NCBI GenBank assembly: GCA_963735805.1
Contig: CAVTMK010000002.1
Coordinates: 1,376,001-1,440,000 of the forward strand
Direction of reading: 5' to 3'
Origin: an uncultured Verrucomicrobiae bacterium
GTDB lineage: Bacteria; Verrucomicrobiota; Verrucomicrobiia; Chthoniobacterales; UBA10450
DNA: 64,000 bases
Part shown: positions 57,717 through 64,000 of the stretch, piece by piece
Layout: the number at the start of each line of letters is the position of its first letter
Position numbering within the stretch: position 1 is the first letter of the stretch
Translations under genes and position numbers: made by a program
The notes under the pieces: generated by a model
Seen by the model: only the letters and a program-made list of their open reading frames with translations
What the model was told of the DNA's origin: nothing
Databases searched by the model: none

Positions 57717-57834
57717 TTTCGAGAATAGTTCAATGTCGATTTAGCGCAAATCGAAAAAACGGTTCTTCGTCTGAAGCCGGCCGAAAAAGATCAATCTTGT
57801 TTGCGCGTGTCATAGGGTGTGACTTTGTTGACGC

Positions 57835-58779
57835 GTGACGAGACGATCCGCGGTCAAAAACGTAGCAGGAAGAATTCTTGTTGGCACAGCGAGTTGGTCC
57901 GATCCCGGCTTTGTCGAGCGGTGGTATCCAAAAAAGATGCCCGCTGGCGAGCGGCTTCCATGGTACGCGCAACACTTCGAAATGGTCGAGGTGAACTCCA
58001 CTTTTTATTCCGTGCCCGAATCGAGAATGGTTCAGCGCTGGTGCGCGGCAACGCCTGATGATTTCACCTTCGATGTAAAGTTGCATCAATTGTTCTCATT
58101 TCACTCAACACCGGCAAAGCTGTTGCCGCCGGATTTACAAAAACGCGCAGACACAGATGCCAGAGGAAAAGTGACATCGACGCCGGATCTACAGGAAGCG
58201 TTGCTCCAAATTTTTCTGCGCTCCATGTCGATTTTTCGCGAGGCCGGGAAGCTCGGCGTCTTCCTTTTGCAACTCTCGCCGACGTTTTCTCCGCGGAAAC
58301 ATGAACTGGACGAGCTCGATCGACTGATCGAAATGCTGAGTGATTACGATCTTGCGATTGAGTTTCGAAACCGCAATTGGGCGGTCGGCGATCAGTTGGA
58401 ATCAACGGTTAATTTTTTGCGAAAGCATCACGCAATTTTTGTGAACGTGGATGCGCCTCCCTCCGACCATTTTATGGTCATGCCGTCAGATGTGGATGCA
58501 GTGACGAACCCGAAAGTCGCATACCTTCGGCTGCATGGACGCAACGCAAAGGGTTACGTCACCGGCAAAACTGTGGCCGCGCGTTTCGACTACGATTACA
58601 GCGATGATGAGATTGCGGAAATGGCGGACCGAAGCACGAAGCTGGCGCGAGAAGCCCGCGAGGTGCACGTGATTTTTAACAACAATAATCTCGATTACGC
58701 ACCGCACGCAGCGCTTCGTTTGCGCAGGGTCCTCGGTCAAATTGCCAAGATACCCCCACGGACACTAGAGTTGTTCTAG
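57835..58779 (+). CDS. DUF72 domain protein
   Basis: VGTASW, VEVNSTFY, F.VKL, LLQL.P, IEFRN, YLRLHGRN, YDYS and FNN. Confidence 0.92.
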   Translation: MTRRSAVKNVAGRILVGTASWSDPGFVERWYPKKMPAGERLPWYAQHFEMVEVNSTFYSVPESRMVQRWCAATPDDFTFDVKLHQLFSFHSTPAKLLPPDLQKRADTDARGKVTSTPDLQEALLQIFLRSMSIFREAGKLGVFLLQLSPTFSPRKHELDELDRLIEMLSDYDLAIEFRNRNWAVGDQLESTVNFLRKHHAIFVNVDAPPSDHFMVMPSDVDAVTNPKVAYLRLHGRNAKGYVTGKTVAARFDYDYSDDEIAEMADRSTKLAREAREVHVIFNNNNLDYAPHAALRLRRVLGQIAKIPPRTLELF

Positions 58780-58794
58780 ACTAGGATTCACTTC

Positions 58795-59331
58795 GTGCAG
58801 GATCGAGATCTCTCCGCTACACCAAACTACGGTCCTGGCTTGCCCCGGTCGCTGGGCCACCTGAAACAATGGCTTTCCAAACGTCACATGACATTGATGG
58901 CCATTGCAGATACGCCGCACTCCATCGCTCTCGGATCGGCGATCGGAATTTTTTTTGGCTTCACCCCGTTATATCCGCTCAAGACGCTGTTGTCCATTGC
59001 GGTGGCGTGGGTTTGCCGATGCAATAAAATCGCAGCGGCGATCGCGGTAACCCTGCACGATGTGCTGATTTGGGCCATGCCTGCGCTTTACCTGGCCGAG
59101 TATCAATTGGGCTGCTGGAGTTTGCGCTGGCCGTTAGCTCACCGCGTCCACTTTCGACAATTTGGATTGCGCGATTACATGCACTGGCATGTATTTTCAC
59201 GCGTCGTCTGGCCCACCTTCTGGCCCGCGTTTGTTGGCTCCCTGTTTCTGGCGGTCCCTTCGGCGATCATTGTCTACGTTGTAATGCGGTTATTGGTAAG
59301 TCGCGCGCGGGCGCCACAAAAGACCGCGTGA
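58795..59331 (+). CDS. DUF2062 membrane protein
   Basis: DTPHSIALGSAIGIFFGFTP...RCNKIAA. Confidence 0.85.
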   Translation: MQDRDLSATPNYGPGLPRSLGHLKQWLSKRHMTLMAIADTPHSIALGSAIGIFFGFTPLYPLKTLLSIAVAWVCRCNKIAAAIAVTLHDVLIWAMPALYLAEYQLGCWSLRWPLAHRVHFRQFGLRDYMHWHVFSRVVWPTFWPAFVGSLFLAVPSAIIVYVVMRLLVSRARAPQKTA

Positions 59332-59476
59332 GTGCGGTGGAACGGTGGTCCGTTTGTCTTTGGCGATTCTTAGGGCATCGGTCCGAGCCGAACTGGCATT
59401 TTCACGAGAAGCCAATCCAGCGAACCGTTTGCCAATCAGAGTGCGCCGATTAAGGTGCTCCGGTTCGAAGGTATTT

Positions 59477-60430
59477 ATGCATTTATCACGTCGATTCCTC
59501 ATCGTTTCTTCTGCCTTTGTCGTCAGCGCGGCGCTTCTTCGCTCGGCTGCTGGCGCGGAGGCGTATCTCATTGCCGATGCGCAAACGGGCTACATTTTGG
59601 AAGAACAGGATGCGCGGAAAAAACTGCAAGTGGGTAGTCTGACAAAGATCGCGACTGCGAGTGTCGTGCTCGATTGGGCAGAGCGAAGATCGGGCGATCT
59701 CAATCAGCCAGTCACGATCCCGCAAGAGGCGTTTGTCGGTACCCTTGAAAACAACATCGGTTTTCAACCGGGGGACACCATTACGCTGCGCGATTTACTC
59801 TATGCGGCACTCGTCCAGTCCGACAACATTGCAGCCTACACGCTGGCGTATCAGGTCGGCTCCAAGATTGAGTCGCTTCTGCCTGGCGAAGCGAGCCCAA
59901 AATACACGCCAGTTGACGCATTTGTCGCCCAGATGAATGCCTTGGCCAAGCAGTTGAAGATGGACCGCACGCGTTTTGTCAATCCGCATGGAGTTGATTA
60001 CAAGGTCAAGCCGCTGCCGTATGCGACAGCAGAAGATATGGGACGTCTGACTCGCTACGCGATGAACAAAGCCAGCTTCCGCTTTTACGTGTCGCAAAAA
60101 GAACGGCAAATCTCGTTCGACCGGGCCGGACATCGAATGAATTACATTCTTCGCAACACAAACGAACTGCTTGGAAAGATGGGCATTGATGGAGTCAAAA
60201 CCGGTCGCACTGCGCGGTCCGGTGATTGTTTGATCCTGTATGCCAATCGTCAGGCGGAAGTTGTTCGCCAAGGCCAGATGGAAACTGTCTATCCGCGTCA
60301 TCTGATGGTCGTACTGCTGGGCAGCACGAATCGATTTGGCGAAGGGACAGCGCTATTGCAACGTGGCTGGCAGCTTTACGATCAATGGGCGGCCGGTGGC
60401 CGAACGGCTGATTCGAAGAAGATGCTGTGA
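59477..60430 (+). CDS. D-alanyl-D-alanine carboxypeptidase (peptidase S11)
   Basis: SxxK (SLTK), SxN (SDN), FVNPHG and KTG. Confidence 0.9.
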   Translation: MHLSRRFLIVSSAFVVSAALLRSAAGAEAYLIADAQTGYILEEQDARKKLQVGSLTKIATASVVLDWAERRSGDLNQPVTIPQEAFVGTLENNIGFQPGDTITLRDLLYAALVQSDNIAAYTLAYQVGSKIESLLPGEASPKYTPVDAFVAQMNALAKQLKMDRTRFVNPHGVDYKVKPLPYATAEDMGRLTRYAMNKASFRFYVSQKERQISFDRAGHRMNYILRNTNELLGKMGIDGVKTGRTARSGDCLILYANRQAEVVRQGQMETVYPRHLMVVLLGSTNRFGEGTALLQRGWQLYDQWAAGGRTADSKKML

Positions 60431-60446
60431 TCCCCTGATTGCAAAA

Positions 60447-61523
60447 ATGAAGCCGCGCATTGGTGTTTTAACCAGCGGTGGCGATTGCCCGGGACTTAAT
60501 GCGGTCCTGCGCGGTGTTGTGCTTGCGGCGGAGAAACTCGGCTGGGAAGTAGTTGGTTTTCGGGACGGATTTGAAGGACTTCTCCCACCCGGTAGTCATG
60601 TCATTCTCGATCGCCAAAGCATCAACGGAATCATGGCCTTGGGCGGCACAATTATTGGAACAACAAATCGCGGTCATTTTGCTGCCAAAGTCGGTGCTGG
60701 GGACCGGACCGTTGTGCCTGCCAAGGTTATTGCAGGGGCCAGGAAAATCCTGGAGGAGCTTCAGGTAAAGGCGTTGATCATCGTTGGCGGTGATGGCTCG
60801 TTGGTAACAGCACAGCAACTGCAGGAAGCGGGCATTAATTGCATTGGCGTTCCGAAGACGATCGACAACGATCTCGAAGCCACAGCGACGACATTCGGAT
60901 TCGATTCAGCTGTGGCTGTCGTAATGGACGCGCTTGATCGAGTACATACGACGGCGACCAGCCATAGGCGAGTCATGGTGGTCGAAGTAATGGGACGCCA
61001 TGCGGGCTGGATCGCCTTGCACGGGGGCATCGCCGGTGGTGCCGACATTATCTTGATTCCGGAAATTCCGTTTGATTACGACAAAATTGCGAGGGTGGTC
61101 AAAGCACGCGAAGCGGCTGGCTACCTGGGCACCGTTGTCGTGGTCGCAGAAGGCGCGCGACCAAAACATGGCGAACAGATCAAGCGCGACGTCGTAGGAG
61201 GCGAATTTCGTCTCGGCGGAATCGGTGAAATCGTCGCGCACGAAATTGCGAAGCGCACCGGCAAAGAAACGCGTTGCTGCGTCCTTGGGCATTTGCAGCG
61301 CGGGGGCGCGCCAACGACGCTCGATCGAATTTTGGGAACGCGTTTCGGTGTCAAGGCCGTCCAACTGGCCTATGAAGGACATTTTGGTTCGATGGTCAGC
61401 TACCAAAACTATCAGGTGCGTCAGGTGCCGATCGCGGAAGCGGTTAATCGCCTCAAGCTTGTTCCGCGCAATGGCGAAATGGCGCAGACCGCGCGCGACG
61501 TGGACATTTCCTTCGGCGACTGA
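60447..61523 (+). CDS. pfkA: 6-phosphofructokinase
   Basis: TSGGDCPGLN, GGDGS, PKTIDND, EVMGRHAG and LGHLQRGG; ATG at 60447. Confidence 0.95.
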   Translation: MKPRIGVLTSGGDCPGLNAVLRGVVLAAEKLGWEVVGFRDGFEGLLPPGSHVILDRQSINGIMALGGTIIGTTNRGHFAAKVGAGDRTVVPAKVIAGARKILEELQVKALIIVGGDGSLVTAQQLQEAGINCIGVPKTIDNDLEATATTFGFDSAVAVVMDALDRVHTTATSHRRVMVVEVMGRHAGWIALHGGIAGGADIILIPEIPFDYDKIARVVKAREAAGYLGTVVVVAEGARPKHGEQIKRDVVGGEFRLGGIGEIVAHEIAKRTGKETRCCVLGHLQRGGAPTTLDRILGTRFGVKAVQLAYEGHFGSMVSYQNYQVRQVPIAEAVNRLKLVPRNGEMAQTARDVDISFGD

Positions 61524-61583
61524 GAATCGTCATCGCACGCCAGGTGCGACATCAACTCGAGTAGGATAGTATAAAGCTGGTCC

Positions 61584-62522
61584 ATGACGGAAAGTGCTGC
61601 CAGCGCCCAAAGCACCGATTCGGTGCTGATGATCCGACCACGCCGGTTTTCTCCCAATCCGGAAACGGCGGCAGATAATGCGTTTCAACGTGACGCCAAC
61701 CGGAATTTGGATGCGTTGATGGTGGCCGCGAGAAACGAATTCGACGCATCTGTGCAAACGCTGCGTGCAGCCGGGGTGAATGTGCATGTCTTTGAAGATA
61801 CACCTGAGCCGGAAAAGCCAGACGCCGTTTTCCCCAACAACTGGATCTCGACGCATCACGATGGGCGGATCGCCCTCTTCCCGATGTATTCAAATCTGCG
61901 GCGCCGCGAGCGACGGCAGGATATCGTCACTGGACTGCGTAATTACTATCGGGTCACCGAGGTGATCGATTACTCGATGTTCGAGGATGAAGATTGCTAT
62001 CTGGAAGGCACAGGCAGTCTCGTGCTCGATCACCTTAACAAGCTTGCGTATGTCTCGCTCTCAAGGCGTTCCGATCCCAAAGTGATCCACCGCTTTGCCA
62101 ATGATTTCAGCTACGAGCCGGTCACCTTCACCAGCATCGGCTCCGACGGCCAGTCGATCTATCACACCAACGTGATGATGTGCGTCGGAACGGTCTTCGC
62201 GATGGTTGGTCTGGAGGTGATTCGAAACAAAGCCGAGCGGCAACAGTTGCGTGCGCACTTGGAGAGGACCGGAAAGGAGATCGTTGAGTTATCGGCAGCT
62301 CAGATCGCGAACTTCGCCGGCAATGCCATTGAACTACAGAACAGACACGGCGAGAAACTGCTTGTGCTTTCCAGCCGCGCAGCTGGAGCATTGACCAGAG
62401 AACAACGCGAAGGATTAGCCCGGTTCGGGAAGCTCGTGCAGCTTGAACTACCTACGATTGAACTTGGTGGCGGGAGCGCACGCTGCATGATGGCGACGAT
62501 TCACCTGCCGCCGCGGTTATAG
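61584..62522 (+). CDS. Amidinotransferase family protein, citrulline-utilization hydrolase CtlX-like
   Basis: LMIRP, DNAFQ, PDAVFPNNW, LEGTGS, IYHTNVMM and GGGSARCM. Confidence 0.9.
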   Translation: MTESAASAQSTDSVLMIRPRRFSPNPETAADNAFQRDANRNLDALMVAARNEFDASVQTLRAAGVNVHVFEDTPEPEKPDAVFPNNWISTHHDGRIALFPMYSNLRRRERRQDIVTGLRNYYRVTEVIDYSMFEDEDCYLEGTGSLVLDHLNKLAYVSLSRRSDPKVIHRFANDFSYEPVTFTSIGSDGQSIYHTNVMMCVGTVFAMVGLEVIRNKAERQQLRAHLERTGKEIVELSAAQIANFAGNAIELQNRHGEKLLVLSSRAAGALTREQREGLARFGKLVQLELPTIELGGGSARCMMATIHLPPRL

Positions 62523-62817
62523 CGGTGCTGCATGAATGCAGTCGACCGACGCTTTCACTCCGAAATAAATCCAGCTCGTTTTCAACGACTTTTGGTTTTT
62601 ACGCGAACGCGAAGCGCTCCAGATGCTGATCGTGGAAACCCAACGCGATATGAGCGGACTGGTTACGCTAAACTCGACAAAGGCAACGTCATCGTCGCCG
62701 GCCGCAACGTGTTCTTCCTGTACAGGTGGAAACTGGGCCTGGCGCATCCTTGCGACGGTTGATTGTCGATCTTATATTTAGAAGACGCGCTGAGCGCGAG
62801 AGAATTAGGAGATCATT

Positions 62818-63957
62818 ATGCCAACGACGATTGCTGCTCCAAGAGCTAAAAAAACACCTGTAGTTGAAGAAGATTTTTTGCCACTGCACGGCACTGATTA
62901 CGTCGAGTTTTATGTCGGCAATGCCAAACAGGCGGCGCATTTCTACAAGACGGCATTCGGTTTTCAAAGCCTTGCCTATTCCGGTCCGGAAACGGGAATA
63001 AAGGAACGAGCAAGCTATGCGATTCGCCAGAACAAATTGACGCTTGTTCTGACAACTCCGATGCGGCCGAATCACGCGATCGCCGATCATATCCATAAAC
63101 ACGGTGACGGCGTGAAAGTTCTTGCACTTACTGTGGAAGACGCAACCTCAGCGTGGGAGGAGACAACGAAACGCGGAGGCAAGAGTTATATGAAGCCGAC
63201 GACGCTCTCGGATGAACATGGGGAGTTGGTGATGAGTGGAATTCACACGTACGGCGAGGTGGTTCATCTGTTCGTCGAACGTCAGAATTATCATGGCCCG
63301 TTCATGCCCGGTTTTCGAAAGTGGGAATCGAATTACAATCCGCCGCAGACCGGATTGCAATATGTCGATCATTGCGTTGGCAACGTTGCGTTGGGCCAGA
63401 TGAATCCGTGGGTAAAATTTTATGAGGACGTGATGGGGTTCCGGAATATCCTTAGCTTTGACGACAAGGATATCTCCACCGAATACTCGGCGCTCATGAG
63501 CAAAGTGATGAGCAACGGCAATGGTTTCGTAAAGTTTCCGATAAACGAACCCGCTGAAGGTAAAAAGAAATCGCAGGTGGATGAGTATCTGGACTTTTAC
63601 AATGGTGAAGGCGTGCAACACGTCGCCATGGCGACTAAAAACATCATCGAGACAGTTACGGATCTACAAAAGCGCGGCGTTGAATTTCTGAAGATACCTT
63701 CCAACTATTACGCCACGCTGCTCGATCGGGTTGGTCACATCGACGAAGAACTGAACGCATTGAAGCGATTGGGCATCCTGGTCGATCGCGATGATGAAGG
63801 TTACCTGCTTCAGATATTCACCAAGCCAGTAGAAGACCGGCCGACACTGTTTTTCGAAATTATCCAGCGCAAAGGAGCGAAGAGTTTTGGCAAGGGGAAT
63901 TTCAAGGCACTCTTTGAAGCCATCGAACGCGAACAGGCGGCGAGAGGTAATTTGTAA
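62818..63957 (+). CDS. hppD: 4-hydroxyphenylpyruvate dioxygenase
   Basis: HGDGV, DHCVGN, PINEP, GVQHVA, GYLLQIFT, FFEIIQR and FGKGNFKALFEAIEREQ. Confidence 0.98.
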   Translation: MPTTIAAPRAKKTPVVEEDFLPLHGTDYVEFYVGNAKQAAHFYKTAFGFQSLAYSGPETGIKERASYAIRQNKLTLVLTTPMRPNHAIADHIHKHGDGVKVLALTVEDATSAWEETTKRGGKSYMKPTTLSDEHGELVMSGIHTYGEVVHLFVERQNYHGPFMPGFRKWESNYNPPQTGLQYVDHCVGNVALGQMNPWVKFYEDVMGFRNILSFDDKDISTEYSALMSKVMSNGNGFVKFPINEPAEGKKKSQVDEYLDFYNGEGVQHVAMATKNIIETVTDLQKRGVEFLKIPSNYYATLLDRVGHIDEELNALKRLGILVDRDDEGYLLQIFTKPVEDRPTLFFEIIQRKGAKSFGKGNFKALFEAIEREQAARGNL

Positions 63958-63976
63958 AAAGGGAGAGGAATCCACA

Positions 63977-64000
63977 ATGCCGTATTACCAAAGACTGGGA
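63977..64000 (+). CDS. hmgA: Start of probable homogentisate 1,2-dioxygenase (truncated by the window edge)
   Basis: RBS-like GAGAGG, then MPYYQRLG directly after hppD; only 8 codons visible. Confidence 0.55.

Noticed and set aside
57620..57733. N-terminal 38 aa of ORF 57362..57733
   Set aside because: It is mostly a translation of the tRNA-fMet gene; the nuclease domain starts at GTG 57619.
62532..62762. 76-aa ORFs on both strands between the CtlX-like gene and hppD
   Set aside because: No recognisable motif; I cannot tell whether either is real.
1..64000. CRISPR array, rRNA, integrase or transposase genes
   Set aside because: I saw no repeat-spacer periodicity and no such motifs; the periodic repeats found are in-frame protein repeats.

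Overview
This is a bacterial genomic window. Gene content (TolB-like/TPR membrane protein, GloVer-type repeat protein, TIGR03118-like protein, Verrucomicrobia-style barrels) suggests soil Verrucomicrobiota of the Chthoniobacterales; this is an inference. From 1 to 37 kb lies an accessory island for acid stress, the envelope and signalling. It holds a PLP amino-acid decarboxylase, a DUF3302/HlyD/TolC set, SulP, a K+ channel, a BASS symporter, an AsmA-like protein with a cardiolipin synthase, a sulfatase, two PAS histidine kinases, a FixJ-type regulator, two stand-alone receivers and outer-membrane barrels. Six copies of a 22-bp imperfect palindrome sit in front of its transcription units, at a fixed distance from -10-like hexamers. 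From 37 to 53 kb are secreted beta-propeller proteins, a cupredoxin/barrel/two-component operon and an MMPL transporter. From 53 to 64 kb are mostly housekeeping genes (LptF/G, tRNA-Asn, tRNA-fMet, DUF72, DUF2062, peptidase S11, pfk, CtlX-like, hppD, start of hmgA). The most unusual item is a ~325-bp integrase-free unit at tRNA-fMet. It is a small GIY-YIG nuclease gene bracketed by the tRNA and a duplicated tRNA 3' half; in the copy a 16-nt hairpin replaces 8 nt, and the copied anticodon loop supplies the nuclease stop codon. Eight single-base insertions split genes and are probably assembly errors. All family calls come from reading motifs by eye; no database searches were run.
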